In this document: positions 9,129 to 19,248 of the stretch, piece by piece
Position numbering within the stretch: the stretch's first letter is position 1
Layout: each line of letters opens with the position of its first letter
Assembly (NCBI GenBank): GCA_965213675.1
Contig: OZ243916.1
Span: 1,472,001 to 1,536,000 of the forward strand
Direction: 5' to 3'
Source of the DNA: an uncultured Candidatus Binatia bacterium
GTDB taxonomy: Bacteria; Desulfobacterota; Binatia; UBA9968; JAJDTQ01
DNA length: 64,000 nucleotides
Program-made: the position numbers and the translations under genes
The notes under the pieces: model-generated
Seen by the model: only the letters and a program-made list of their open reading frames with translations
Told to the model about the DNA's origin: nothing
Databases searched by the model: none

Positions 9129-10048
9129 GCCGGGAGAAGCGCCGGGGGATGATCGAGCCCGGCCATCCCAAGCTCAGCTTGAGCCGTCAATGCCATTTGC
9201 TTCGAGTGAGCCGATCCTCTGTGTACCACAGGCCCAAGGGCGAGAGCGCGGAGAATCTGGCGTTGATGCGCCGGATCGACAAGCTGTTCCTGGAGTACCC
9301 CTTCTACGGCAGCCGCCAGATGGTCCGCCATCTGTGGCGGGAGCGAGTCCGAGTGGGTCGTCACCGGGTGCGGCGTCTGATGCGCCTGATGGGGCTCCAG
9401 GCCATCTATCAGGCGCCGCGCACCACCCAACCGCACCCCGAGCACCGGGTCTATCCCTATCTGCTCAAGGGGGTCGCCATCGAACGGCCCAATCACGCGT
9501 GGACCTCCGACATCACCTATATCCCTGTCCAGAGTGGCTTCCTGTACCTGGTGGCGGTCATGGACTGGGCCACCCGCCGGGTGCTCTCCTGGAGGCTGTC
9601 GAACACCCTCGATGCCCGCTTCTGTGTCGAGGCCCTCTCAGAGGCTCTGGAACGCTACGGCCCTCCCGAGATCTTCAACACGGACCAAGGCAGCCAGTTC
9701 ACCAGCCTGGAGTTCACCTCCGTCCTCAAAGACTCCGGCATTGCCATCTCCATGGACGGAAGGGGCCGGCGCATGGACAACATCTTCATCGAGCGCCTGT
9801 GGCGCTCCCTCAAGTACGAGGCTGTCTACCTGCACGAGCTGACCGACGGCTTCGCCGCCCAAAGGGCCATCGCCAACTGGCTCCACTTCTACAACACCCA
9901 AAGACCTCATTCCGCCCTCGCCGGCTCCACCCCGGCGGAGGCCTACGAACGAGGACTCCAGAGGCAGGCCGGACCTCACACCCCGCCCGCCCCTCTGACA
10001 GTTCCTTCGGAACACGAAGACCTGATAAACGGGACCTTGGCGGCATGA
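9125..10048 (+). CDS. IS3 transposase OrfB (rve integrase core)
   Basis: WTSDITY, NTDQGSQF, DNIFIERLWRSLKYE, YNTQRPHSAL. Confidence 0.9.
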   Translation: MSREKRRGMIEPGHPKLSLSRQCHLLRVSRSSVYHRPKGESAENLALMRRIDKLFLEYPFYGSRQMVRHLWRERVRVGRHRVRRLMRLMGLQAIYQAPRTTQPHPEHRVYPYLLKGVAIERPNHAWTSDITYIPVQSGFLYLVAVMDWATRRVLSWRLSNTLDARFCVEALSEALERYGPPEIFNTDQGSQFTSLEFTSVLKDSGIAISMDGRGRRMDNIFIERLWRSLKYEAVYLHELTDGFAAQRAIANWLHFYNTQRPHSALAGSTPAEAYERGLQRQAGPHTPPAPLTVPSEHEDLINGTLAA

Positions 10049-10111
10049 TCGATCGTCTGGAATACACCTTATCTCCGCCGCCTTCCTGTCCTACAAACCA
10101 GGACCACCTCA

Positions 10112-10341
10112 CCTACAACCCGGATTGGGCAGTCCTAATCGAGTCTGACGAGGGCGAACGCCTGTACTTCGTGGTGGAGACGAAGGCCAGCACCCTCGTT
10201 GACGACCTTCGCGGCACCGAGAACGCCAAGATCCAGTGCGGCAAGGCGCATTTCAAGGCGCTCCAACGGGGTGAGGCCCCACCCCAGTACGAGGTCGCCA
10301 CCAGTGTAGACCAAATTCTCGCGAGTATAGGCGGCGGCTAA
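10112..10341 (+). pseudogene. C-terminal stub of a type III restriction Res subunit
   Basis: YNPDWAVL..LYFVVETK..ENAKIQCGKAHF (PD-D/ExK nuclease end), cut exactly at the IS3 right end. Confidence 0.78.
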
Positions 10342-10344
10342 TTG

Positions 10345-10482
10345 AATATCGTCGAGGATCAGAAGATGGTAGCGGTCGAGCCGGGCTGGCAGGGCTTCCA
10401 GGGCGAGCTCGCGGCGTGCGACCTGCATGCGCTGCACCAGGTCGGTGGTTCGGGTGAAGAACACACGGTATCCGTTCTCGAC
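10345..10482 (-). pseudogene. istB: IS21 IstB ATPase fragment
   Basis: GYRVFFTRTTDLVQRMQVARRELALE..LDRYHLLILDDI (Walker B). Confidence 0.8.
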
Positions 10483-10779
10483 GGTCGGGCGCGAACGGCC
10501 GGGTTCCGGACCGCCCTGCCGGCATGCGCGCCACAACAGGACGCCGACACGCGACGGTCAAAGGGTAATGCGTCACTTTCTGCGCGCTGGCCGGAGCCGC
10601 CGGCGTTCGCGGTATCGCCGCTGGCGCTCGGCATGCTTGTGACGGCCTCGCCCGCTGTGCTGGTAGCGCTGCCCCGCAAGCCGCACCGACCGGCGCCGCG
10701 CCCGGTCCAACCGCGCGGCGTTGTCGAGAGAGCTCTGCCGGTACATCGGCTGGCTCAAGCCCGACGGCGGCCTCAAGGA

Positions 10780-11133
10780 CATTACTTGAGGAAGTTGCTC
10801 GAACGGCTGCCTTCTGAACTGTTGAATCGGCTCGAAGCACTATACCGCCAGGCTATCGCCGGAAGAACCGTAACTCTCGTGGCGTTTATAAGCACTCAAA
10901 GACCTGAACGTCCGAAGGGGCCTCCCAGTCGAAGGCTGGATGCCCTGAAGGACTTTTGCGCCTATCTTGATGAGGACCTCGGGCTGTGGGGCAAGCGATT
11001 TGCTTGGGAACAGCTCGATGGAGAGGGCAAGTGGCGGCACTACTTGACCGACCTCGACGGAATGCTGGACTTTCTCGACCGCTCCGAACAACTGGCCGCC
11101 GACTTGGCGAAAGAAAAGGGCCTTGTCAAGTGA
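10780..11133 (+). pseudogene. Hypothetical protein C-terminal fragment (lower GC)
   Basis: Protein-like 3' half of ORF 10342-11133 (LKDFCAYLDEDLGLWGKRFAWE..); no family recognised. Confidence 0.35.
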
Positions 11134-11337
11134 CTACCGGCGCGAGCCAGGACCATTTTTTTGGGTTTGAGGTGTGGGGTGTATGTCCGTCTTTTCAATA
11201 TGATAGGAGCGGTTCCCGAGAGCATCCACGCGGTCCGGCAAGAGCCCGACAGCCGATGTCGCTGAAACGCTGAATCATGAATGACAGGCGCGCGCTTGGG
11301 CTACACCGGCAGCGTGCTGCGTCCGGTGGCGCCGGCG

Positions 11338-14244
11338 TCACGCATACGCGGCCACGGGCGCGCAGGTGCACACCAGATTACGGTCGCCCCAGGCGTTGTC
11401 CACCCTGCCCACCGGGACCCAGAACTTGCGCTGCCGCACCCACGCCAGCGGAAACGCCGCCTTGTCCCGCGAATACGAGTGCGGCCAGTCGTCCGAGAGC
11501 AGGTGCGGCGCACTGTGAGGCGCGTTCTTGAGCACGTTGTCCCGCGGGTCCGCGGCACCGGTCTCGATCTCGCGGATCTCCTCGCGGATGGCCAGCATGG
11601 CGTCGCAGAAGCGGTCCAGTTCCTCGCGCGACTCACTCTCGGTGGGTTCGATCATCAGCGTGCCCGCCACGGGCCAGGACATGGTGGGTGCGTGGAAGCC
11701 GTAGTCCATGAGCCGCTTGGCCACGTCTTCCACGGTGACATCGGCCGACGCCTTGAACGGACGCACGTCGACAATGCATTCGTGGGCCACCATATCGTTC
11801 TTGCCCCGGTAGAGGATCCGGTAACCCGAGGACAGCCGGTGCGCGATGTAGTTGGCGTTGAGCACCGCCACCTGGGTCGCGCGGGTCAGGCCGGCGGCGC
11901 CCATCATGGCGATGTACGCCCACGATATCGGCAGGATGCCGGCGCTGCCCCAGGGAGCCGACGACACCGCGCTGATGCCCCCGGCCGGGCCGCACTCGGG
12001 CACGGTCCCGTGGCCCGGCAGATACCCCTTGAGGTGCTCGGCCACGGCCAGCGGGCCGACCCCCGGCCCGCCGCCGCCGTGGGGGATGCAGAAGGTCTTG
12101 TGCAGGTTCAGGTGGCAGACGTCCGGGCCAATGCGCCCCGGTTGGCACAGCCCCACCAGTGCGTTCAGGTTGGCGCCGTCCAGGTAGACCTGACCGCCGT
12201 GCTCGTGAACGATGCGGCAGATCCGGGTGATGCCCTCCTCGAATACGCCGTGGGTGGACGGGTAGGTGACCATCAGCGCGCCGAGTTCGCCGCTGACGCG
12301 CTCGGCCTTGGCGCGCAGGTCGTCCAGGTCGATGTTACCGTCGTCGTCGCAGTCCACCACCACCACGCGCATACCCGCCAGCACCGCGCTGGCGGGATTG
12401 GTGCCGTGGGCGGAACTGGGAATGAGGCAGACCTCGCGCCGTCCCTGACCCATGGCGGCATGATGTTGCCGGATCACCAGCAAGCCCGAGTACTCCCCCT
12501 GGGAGCCGGCGTTGGGCTGCACCGACACTGCCGCGAAACCCGTGATGGCGGCCAGCCATTCCTCCAGTTGGGCGATGAGGCGCCGGTAGCCCCGGGTCTG
12601 GTCCGCGGGCGCAAACGGGTGCATGCGCGCGAACTCGGGCCAGGTCACGGGAATCATCTCGGTGGTGGCGTTGAGCTTCATGGTGCATGATCCCAGCGGA
12701 ATCATCGACTGCACCAGGCTCAGGTCCCTGGCCTGGAGCTCCGCCATGTAGCGCAGCATCTGCGTCTCGGAGTGGTGGCGGTTGAATACCGCCGCTTCCA
12801 GATACCCGCTTTCGCGCACACAACCGCGGGGCAGGTGCGACCGAGCGTCCCGCGCCACCGCCGCCGTCAGGTCTTCGTCCGCCGCGGGCGCGCCGAACAC
12901 ATCCAGCAACGCGCCCAGATCCTCCACCGTGGTGGTCTCGTCCAGGGACACGTGCAACTGCCCTTCGGACGGACGTCCGAGATTGATGCCGCGCTCGGCC
13001 GCCGTGAGCTGGATTGCGCGGGCACGTTCCGGCCCGGCTTCAATGCGCAGCGTGTCGAAGAAATGATCGGCGGCCAGGGAAAAGCCGGCGGCGCGCAGCC
13101 GCTGCGCCAGGAAGGACGCGTGGCGATGCACCCGCTCGGCGATGTTCCTGAGACCGGCGGGGCCGTGATAGACGGCGAACATGGACGCCATGACCGCCAG
13201 CAGCACCTGTGCGGTGCAGATATTGCTGGTGGCCTTCTCGCGCCGGATGTGCTGTTCCCGGGTCTGCAGCGCCAGCCGCAGGGCGCGCGCGCCGTGGGCG
13301 TCCCGGGACACCCCCACCAAGCGTCCGGGCATCATGCGCCGGTAACGCTCGCGGGTGGCGAGGAAACCGGCATGGGGACCGCCGAAACCCATGGGCACGC
13401 CGAAACGCTGGGCGCTGCCCACCACCACGTCCGCGCCCATCTCCCCCGGCGGCTTGAGCAGGCACAGGCTCAGGAGATCGGTGGCGACGATTCCCATCTG
13501 CCCGCCCTCGCGGCAACGCCGCAGGAAGGCATCGAGATCGGGGATGGCGCCGCTGGCCGCGGGATACTGGATGAAGGCGGCGAAGGCATCCGCCGGCGGC
13601 GCGCCGGCGCCGGTCACCAACTCCACGCCTATGGGACGCGCGCGCGTACCCAACACCTCCAGGGTCTGGGGAAAGACGTCCTCGCAGACGAAGAGCTTCC
13701 TGCGCGGAGCGAGGCTGCGCGCGCGGCCCTGGTTGCCGGCGTGCAACGCCAGGAACACGGCCTCGGCGGCCGCCGTTCCCTCGTCAAGCATGGAGGCGTT
13801 GGCGATGTCCATGGCCGTCAGGTCGGTGACCAGGGTCTGGAAGTTCAGCAGCGCCTCCAGGCGCCCCTGGGAGATTTCCGGCTGGTAGGGTGTGTAGGCG
13901 GTGTACCAGCCCGGATTCTCGAGAATGTTCCGGAGGATGACAGCGGGTGTGTGGCAGTCGTAGTAGCCCATCCCGAGACAGGAACGGACAGGCCGGTTTT
14001 CCGCGGCGATGGCGCGCGCCTCGCGCACAAGCTGTTCCTCGGTCAGGGGCTCGGGCAGGTCCAACGTGTCCCGGAACCGGATGTCGTCGGGCACCGCCCG
14101 CTGCACCAGTTGTTCGAGACCATCCAGGCCCAGGACGGCGAGCATCTCCCCCACTTCCGCCGCGCCGGGGCCGATGTGCCGTGACGAAAACAGATCCCGA
14201 AACGAACTTCTGTGGTCTGTCGGCTCCACGGCGCGATCCTCCAT
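11338..14244 (-). CDS. gcvP: Glycine dehydrogenase (P protein)
   Basis: [48 protein letters not shown]; 968 aa. Confidence 0.97.
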   Translation of the reverse strand: MEDRAVEPTDHRSSFRDLFSSRHIGPGAAEVGEMLAVLGLDGLEQLVQRAVPDDIRFRDTLDLPEPLTEEQLVREARAIAAENRPVRSCLGMGYYDCHTPAVILRNILENPGWYTAYTPYQPEISQGRLEALLNFQTLVTDLTAMDIANASMLDEGTAAAEAVFLALHAGNQGRARSLAPRRKLFVCEDVFPQTLEVLGTRARPIGVELVTGAGAPPADAFAAFIQYPAASGAIPDLDAFLRRCREGGQMGIVATDLLSLCLLKPPGEMGADVVVGSAQRFGVPMGFGGPHAGFLATRERYRRMMPGRLVGVSRDAHGARALRLALQTREQHIRREKATSNICTAQVLLAVMASMFAVYHGPAGLRNIAERVHRHASFLAQRLRAAGFSLAADHFFDTLRIEAGPERARAIQLTAAERGINLGRPSEGQLHVSLDETTTVEDLGALLDVFGAPAADEDLTAAVARDARSHLPRGCVRESGYLEAAVFNRHHSETQMLRYMAELQARDLSLVQSMIPLGSCTMKLNATTEMIPVTWPEFARMHPFAPADQTRGYRRLIAQLEEWLAAITGFAAVSVQPNAGSQGEYSGLLVIRQHHAAMGQGRREVCLIPSSAHGTNPASAVLAGMRVVVVDCDDDGNIDLDDLRAKAERVSGELGALMVTYPSTHGVFEEGITRICRIVHEHGGQVYLDGANLNALVGLCQPGRIGPDVCHLNLHKTFCIPHGGGGPGVGPLAVAEHLKGYLPGHGTVPECGPAGGISAVSSAPWGSAGILPISWAYIAMMGAAGLTRATQVAVLNANYIAHRLSSGYRILYRGKNDMVAHECIVDVRPFKASADVTVEDVAKRLMDYGFHAPTMSWPVAGTLMIEPTESESREELDRFCDAMLAIREEIREIETGAADPRDNVLKNAPHSAPHLLSDDWPHSYSRDKAAFPLAWVRQRKFWVPVGRVDNAWGDRNLVCTCAPVAAYA

Positions 14245-14260
14245 GCTCCAGCGCTCTGCG

Positions 14261-14668
14261 TCAGGCGCCGTCGTCGTCCGGTTGCCCCTCGCAGTACTCC
14301 TGGTACTCCTCGTGGGTCATGAGATCGTCGAGCTCACCCACGTCCGACATGGTCACCTTGACGATCCACCCCTCGCCGTACGGATCCTCGTTGACCAGCT
14401 CCGGCGTGTCCGCCAGCGCGTCGTTGACCTCCACCACGGCGCCGCTCACCGGCGCGTAGAGATCCGACACCGCCTTCACGGATTCCACCGCGCCGAACGG
14501 ATCGTCCTTGCTGAGGTTCTCCCCCATTGCCGGCGTCTCCACGTACACCACCTCTCCCAGTTCGTTCTGGGCGAAATCGGATATGCCGATGAGGGCGCCG
14601 TCCGTGTCCTCCACCAGCACCCACTCGTGCTCCCTCGAATACCGCAGCCCCTTGGGGTACTCCATCAT
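14261..14668 (-). CDS. gcvH: Glycine cleavage H protein
   Basis: [19 protein letters not shown] lipoyl lysine. Confidence 0.97.
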   Translation of the reverse strand: MMEYPKGLRYSREHEWVLVEDTDGALIGISDFAQNELGEVVYVETPAMGENLSKDDPFGAVESVKAVSDLYAPVSGAVVEVNDALADTPELVNEDPYGEGWIVKVTMSDVGELDDLMTHEEYQEYCEGQPDDDGA

Positions 14669-14694
14669 TTCCTCCTTCGCGGCCAGCCGATGCG

Positions 14695-15783
14695 CTACCG
14701 GACGAACGGCACGCGGACGACGCGGGCGCGCGCCCGCCTGCGGCGGATTTCCACTTCCACCTCGGTGTCCAGCGCCGCCGCCTCCGGCTCCACGTAACCC
14801 AGCGCGATGGCCTTGCCCAGGGTCGGCGACAGCGTGCCGCTGGTGATGCGTCCCACCTCGCGCCCTTCGCGCCAGATCGGATACCCTTGACGGGCAATGC
14901 CCGCCTCTTCCATCATCAACCCGGTCAGGCGGCGCGTGAGCGGCTCCTTCCGCGCCAACGCCGCGGAGCCGATGAACGGCCCCTTGTCGAGCTTGGTGAC
15001 CCAGCCGAGCCGGGCTTCCGGCGGCGTCGTGGTCTCGTCCAGCTCATGCCCGTAGAGCGAGTAGCCCTTTTCCAGACGGAGGGTGTCGCGCGCGCCCAGA
15101 CCGGCGGGCTCCACGTCGCCGGACGCCGTGAGAACGTCCCACAGCGCGGCGCCGTCCGCCGCGGCGCAGTACAGCTCGAAACCGTCCTCCCCGGTGTACC
15201 CGGTGCGCGAAATGGTGCAGTGGATTCCGTGCACCGCGCCATTCACGAAATGGAACGGCTTGAGCGCCGGCAGCTCCGCCGCGGTCAACGGTTGCAGCAC
15301 GGCCGCGGCCACGGGCCCCTGAAGCGCCAGCAGCGCATAGGCGTCGCTCACGTCCTCCACGGTCACGTCGTCGTCCGCGTGATCCACGAGCCAATGGAAA
15401 TCAACGTCCGCGCGGGCGGCGTTGACGCACAGGAGATACCGCTCCTCTTCCAGCCGGAAGAGCACCAGGTCGTCGATCACCCCCGCCCGATCATTCAGCA
15501 ACAGGGTGTACTGCGCCTGCAACGGCCGCAGGCGCGCGACGTCGTTGGTGGTGACCCGCTGGCAGAAACGCGAAGCCCCTGCGCCGGCAACCTCGAACTC
15601 GCCCATATGGCTGACATCGAAAAGCCCGGCCCGGGAGCGCACGGCCGCGTGCTCGGCCTGAATGCCGCGGTACTGGACCGGCATCTCCCATCCCGCGAAC
15701 GGCACCATGCGCGCGCCCAGCGCCTTGTGCCGCCCGTGCAGCGGTGTTTTTCGGAGAACCTTGCCTTGCGCTTCGTCCGCCAT
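14695..15783 (-). CDS. gcvT: Glycine cleavage T protein (aminomethyltransferase)
   Basis: FAGWEMPVQY, FDVSHMGE, RTGYTGEDGFE, GLGARDTLRLE. Confidence 0.96.
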   Translation of the reverse strand: MADEAQGKVLRKTPLHGRHKALGARMVPFAGWEMPVQYRGIQAEHAAVRSRAGLFDVSHMGEFEVAGAGASRFCQRVTTNDVARLRPLQAQYTLLLNDRAGVIDDLVLFRLEEERYLLCVNAARADVDFHWLVDHADDDVTVEDVSDAYALLALQGPVAAAVLQPLTAAELPALKPFHFVNGAVHGIHCTISRTGYTGEDGFELYCAAADGAALWDVLTASGDVEPAGLGARDTLRLEKGYSLYGHELDETTTPPEARLGWVTKLDKGPFIGSAALARKEPLTRRLTGLMMEEAGIARQGYPIWREGREVGRITSGTLSPTLGKAIALGYVEPEAAALDTEVEVEIRRRRARARVVRVPFVR

Positions 15784-15885
15784 GGTCGAGAACCCTGGGA
15801 CGCCGTGGGGCTTGTGACGACGCTTCCGCGAGACGGCCGCCACGCCCTGCCGCCTTCATGAACCTGCGCGCCCGCCGGTGCGCGG

Positions 15886-16737
15886 TCACGCCTGCGCGGC
15901 GGAACGCTGCGCCGACAACAGGGTGTTGGACAACAGCATGCAGATGGTCATGGGGCCGACGCCGCCGGGCACCGGCGAGATCCACGACGCGCGCTCCCGC
16001 GCGGCTTCGAACTCCACGTCGCCCGCGAGCTTGCCGGTGGGCAGCCGGTTGATGCCCACGTCGATGACCACCGCGCCGGGCTTGATCCACTCGCCGCGGA
16101 TGGCGTGGGTCTTGCCCACCGCGGCCACCACCACGTCCGCCCGGCTCACCTCTCCCGCGAGATCCGCGGTGCGCGAATGACACAGCGTGACCGTGGCGTG
16201 CCGTTCCAGCAGCATCAGCGCCACGGGCTTGCCCACGATGTGGCTGCGCCCCACCACCACCGCGTTCCGGCCCTTGAGCGCGCAACCCACGGAGTCCAGC
16301 ATGCGCAGGATGCCCAGCGGCGTGCACGGCCTGAAACCCTCGCCGCCGGAGAGCAGCAGCCCCTGATTCACCGGGTGAAATCCGTCCACGTCCTTGGCCG
16401 GCGACACGGCCTCGAGGATGCGCGCGCCGGCGATGTGGTCCGGCAGCGGCAGTTGCACGAGGATGCCGTGGATGGCGCGATCCTCATTGAGACGGGCGAT
16501 CAGCTCCAGCAGCTCGCGCTCCGGCGCCGACGCCGGCAACAGATGCTCCACCGAGCGGATGCCCACCTCCGCGCACGCCTTCTCCTTGTTGCGCACGTAC
16601 ACCCGCGACGCCGGGTCGTCTCCTACCAGCACCACGCCCAGACCGGGCACCACGCCGTGGTCGTTCCTGAGCTGCTGCGCGCCCGCCCGCACTTCGCCGC
16701 GCACCTGCTGCGCCACCGCCTTGCCGTCGATGATCAT
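15886..16737 (-). CDS. folD: Methylenetetrahydrofolate dehydrogenase/cyclohydrolase
   Basis: [32 protein letters not shown]; start set at MIIDGK. Confidence 0.96.
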   Translation of the reverse strand: MIIDGKAVAQQVRGEVRAGAQQLRNDHGVVPGLGVVLVGDDPASRVYVRNKEKACAEVGIRSVEHLLPASAPERELLELIARLNEDRAIHGILVQLPLPDHIAGARILEAVSPAKDVDGFHPVNQGLLLSGGEGFRPCTPLGILRMLDSVGCALKGRNAVVVGRSHIVGKPVALMLLERHATVTLCHSRTADLAGEVSRADVVVAAVGKTHAIRGEWIKPGAVVIDVGINRLPTGKLAGDVEFEAARERASWISPVPGGVGPMTICMLLSNTLLSAQRSAAQA

Positions 16738-16956
16738 CGTGCTGTTGCCTCGATCAGGTTGAGAAAAGCGCCTCACAAAACCGGTAACACGCCCTTGAAA
16801 CGAGGTCAATAAATTGACGTGAAACCGTAGCCGGCGCTTCTTGACACTCCTGGGGTGCTCACGTACCAATTCAATCATGATCACCGGCGTCCCCAAGGAA
16901 TCGAGAATCGAAGAGTGCCGCACGTCATGGCCCCTTGCGGTGGAGGTGTGCTGCGC

Positions 16957-17892
16957 ATGAGACTCGTGACCCGGCCCGATTTCGACGGCATCGTCTGCGG
17001 CTCGCTCATCACCGCGGTGGAAGACATCGAGGCCTTCCTCTTCGTCGAGCCCAAGTTCATGCAGGACGGCGCCGTGGATATACGCGCCGGCGACGTCATC
17101 GCCAACCTCCCCTACCACCCGGCGTGCGCCCTGTGGTTCGACCATCACTTCACCAACGGGGCCGCGGGCTTTGACCGGCCCGTGGTTCCGGGCCGCGGCG
17201 CTTTCCGGCTCGCGCCAAGCGCCGCGCGGGTGGTGTTCGAATACTACACCGAGGTGCCGAGCGCGTCGGCGGCGCGCTACAGCCGGGGCCTCGACCTGAT
17301 GCGCACCAGCCGGTTCACGGCGCTGCTCGAGGACACCGACAAGATCGACGGAGGCTACCTCACGCGGGCCGACGTGCTGCACCCCTCAGGATACGTGCTC
17401 ATCTCCATGACCCTCTACGGCAAGGACGGCGCCGAGGAGCCCTACTGGCGCAGCCTGATCGAGATGATCCGCGACCGCACCCTGAAAGAGGTGCTCCGCG
17501 ATCCCGAGGTCCAGCGGCGCTGCGCGCGGGTCCTGGGCCTTCAGGAACAGCTCCGGCGGCAACTTCTGGAGCACGCGCAACTCCGCGGCAACGTCATCTA
17601 TCTCGACCTGCGCGCCGCCGAGGATCTCACCGACGCCAACCGTTTTCTGCTCTACACGCTGTTTCCGGAGGGGAACATCTCCATGAAGGTCTCGCGCGAT
17701 ACGCAGCGGGCCGACACCACGGCCATTTCGGTGGGCTACAACATCTTCAACACCACATCCAAGGTCAATGTCGGCGACCTGCTCAGCCACTACGGCGGCG
17801 GCGGCCATCGCGTCGTAGGGTCGTGCCGGGTGCCGGACACGGACGCGGAACGCGCCGTGAACGCCATCCTGCGGCACATCACCGAGGCCTGA
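16957..17892 (+). CDS. DHH/DHHA1 phosphoesterase (exopolyphosphatase/nanoRNase-like)
   Basis: [16 protein letters not shown]-terminal YGGGGH; GGAGG RBS. Confidence 0.85.
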   Translation: MRLVTRPDFDGIVCGSLITAVEDIEAFLFVEPKFMQDGAVDIRAGDVIANLPYHPACALWFDHHFTNGAAGFDRPVVPGRGAFRLAPSAARVVFEYYTEVPSASAARYSRGLDLMRTSRFTALLEDTDKIDGGYLTRADVLHPSGYVLISMTLYGKDGAEEPYWRSLIEMIRDRTLKEVLRDPEVQRRCARVLGLQEQLRRQLLEHAQLRGNVIYLDLRAAEDLTDANRFLLYTLFPEGNISMKVSRDTQRADTTAISVGYNIFNTTSKVNVGDLLSHYGGGGHRVVGSCRVPDTDAERAVNAILRHITEA

Positions 17893-17910
17893 CGCAGTCC
17901 GGAGCCTGTC

Positions 17911-18267
17911 ATGCCCGACCCTTCCGCCAGGGGCGTCCAGGTGCTGCGGATCGACCAGGCCCTCGCCGAACTGGCGGCCATCAACGCGGAGATTCGCCAC
18001 AAGGGCTGCATCGAGGGCGACGGCTTCAAGGTGGGGCTGGTCTCGTTCGCGGCCACCTCCACGGCAGACCCGCGGCAGATCGTTCACGACGACAAGGATG
18101 TGGTGTGTCACGTGCTTCGGGGGCGAGGGCGCCTGCGGGCCGGCGGCGCGGTGACGCCGCTGCAAGCCGGCATGCTGTGCCACATTGCCGCGGGCGTGCC
18201 CCACGATTTCGCGGCCGAGGAAGACGACTTGGTGTTGTGCTACTCACTCATCACCACCCGACCCTGA
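17911..18267 (+). CDS. Cupin-domain protein
   Basis: HDDKDVVCHVLRGRG..IAAGVPHDF cupin motifs. Confidence 0.8.
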   Translation: MPDPSARGVQVLRIDQALAELAAINAEIRHKGCIEGDGFKVGLVSFAATSTADPRQIVHDDKDVVCHVLRGRGRLRAGGAVTPLQAGMLCHIAAGVPHDFAAEEDDLVLCYSLITTRP

Positions 18268-18294
18268 CGCAGGGGAAGGAATCGGGTTTCCGAA

Positions 18295-19248
18295 ATGGCC
18301 TTCCTCTGCCTCTCGCGACAATTCGATGGACCCGGCAGGCTTCTGGCATCGTTGGCCGGGTGTGCCCTGGCGCTGCTCCTGGCGGCCGGTTGCGCGGGCA
18401 CGGAACGCACACCCGCGCCGGAACCGCGATACGCCCAGCCGGCGAACCTGGTGGAGATCGTCAGCGAGTTCCAGCGCCTCGGACGCGACGACCTGTACCG
18501 GTTCGAAATTCCCAGGGACGTCACCGGCGCCAGCGTCTTCAAGGCCACCCTGCTGCGGCTGGAGGACTTCGAGCGCAAGCACGGGAACGGCTACCGCGAC
18601 ATCGTGGGGTTCACCCGCGCCGCCGCCTACGAACGGCTGCGGGACTACCGGCGCGCGCTGCGCCACTACCGCGGCGTGGCGCGCGCCGGGGGCGAACTGG
18701 CCGAACCGGCGCGCCGCCGCATCGACGCCCTGGAGACCTTCCAGCGCATCGCCGCCACCGCCCTGCCGGTGGACGATCCCTCCGAGTACATCAAGGCGCT
18801 GGACGAGCGCGTGCGCGCATGGAACGCGTTGATCGAGCGGCACGCGGGCACGCCCCTGGAACCCCTGGCGCGGGTGGAAGCGGAACGCGTCGACCGCGCC
18901 AAGGTCGCCTTCGTGGAACTCAACCGCCGCGGCCTGAACAACGGCGACGAACTCGTCGCCCTGGCCTACAGTGAGCTTCTGTCCCGGCACCGGGAAAGCA
19001 AGAGATATCCTCGCCACGTGCTGGACTTCGCCGACTACCATGCGGGCCTGGCGCGGGAGTACGCGCTGTTGAACGAACCGGAGGGGCTCGCGTTCGACAT
19101 CAAGACCTTCGAAAACTTCGCCCGGTCGGCCATGAAACTCTACGCCGAGGTGGCGCAACAGGACGGCGCACCGGAGAAACTCGAAGCCAACGGCAAGATC
19201 GAGGGCCTGAAAGGGATGATGGAGCAGATGCGGAGGCGCAGCCAGTGA
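18295..19248 (+). CDS. Hypothetical helical-repeat lipoprotein
   Basis: Lipobox LAAGC; all-alpha TPR-like pattern. Confidence 0.65.
   Translation: MAFLCLSRQFDGPGRLLASLAGCALALLLAAGCAGTERTPAPEPRYAQPANLVEIVSEFQRLGRDDLYRFEIPRDVTGASVFKATLLRLEDFERKHGNGYRDIVGFTRAAAYERLRDYRRALRHYRGVARAGGELAEPARRRIDALETFQRIAATALPVDDPSEYIKALDERVRAWNALIERHAGTPLEPLARVEAERVDRAKVAFVELNRRGLNNGDELVALAYSELLSRHRESKRYPRHVLDFADYHAGLAREYALLNEPEGLAFDIKTFENFARSAMKLYAEVAQQDGAPEKLEANGKIEGLKGMMEQMRRRSQ

Larger units (their letters stand above)
8784..10111 (+). mobile_element. IS3-family insertion sequence (1328 bp; orfA frameshifted)
   Basis: Imperfect IRs TGAGGTGGTCCcggaaaatcGGACAGG / TGAGGTGGTCCtggtttgtaGGACAGG; TG...CA ends; orfA 8851-9128; orfB DDE ~9125-10048. 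Confidence 0.92.

Noticed and set aside
9190-10341. 383-aa transposase-nuclease fusion ORF
   Set aside because: An off-frame read through the IS3 into the res stub, not a real fusion.
15784-15885. Glycine riboswitch before gcvT
   Set aside because: No GGAGA..CCGAAG..CTCAGG consensus; gcvT appears to follow folD directly.
16738-17382. N-terminal extensions in the ORF track (folD, thrC-like from 1622, cupin from 33122, tamA from 43060)
   Set aside because: They overlap neighbouring genes or elements; family N-termini and RBSs support the downstream starts.
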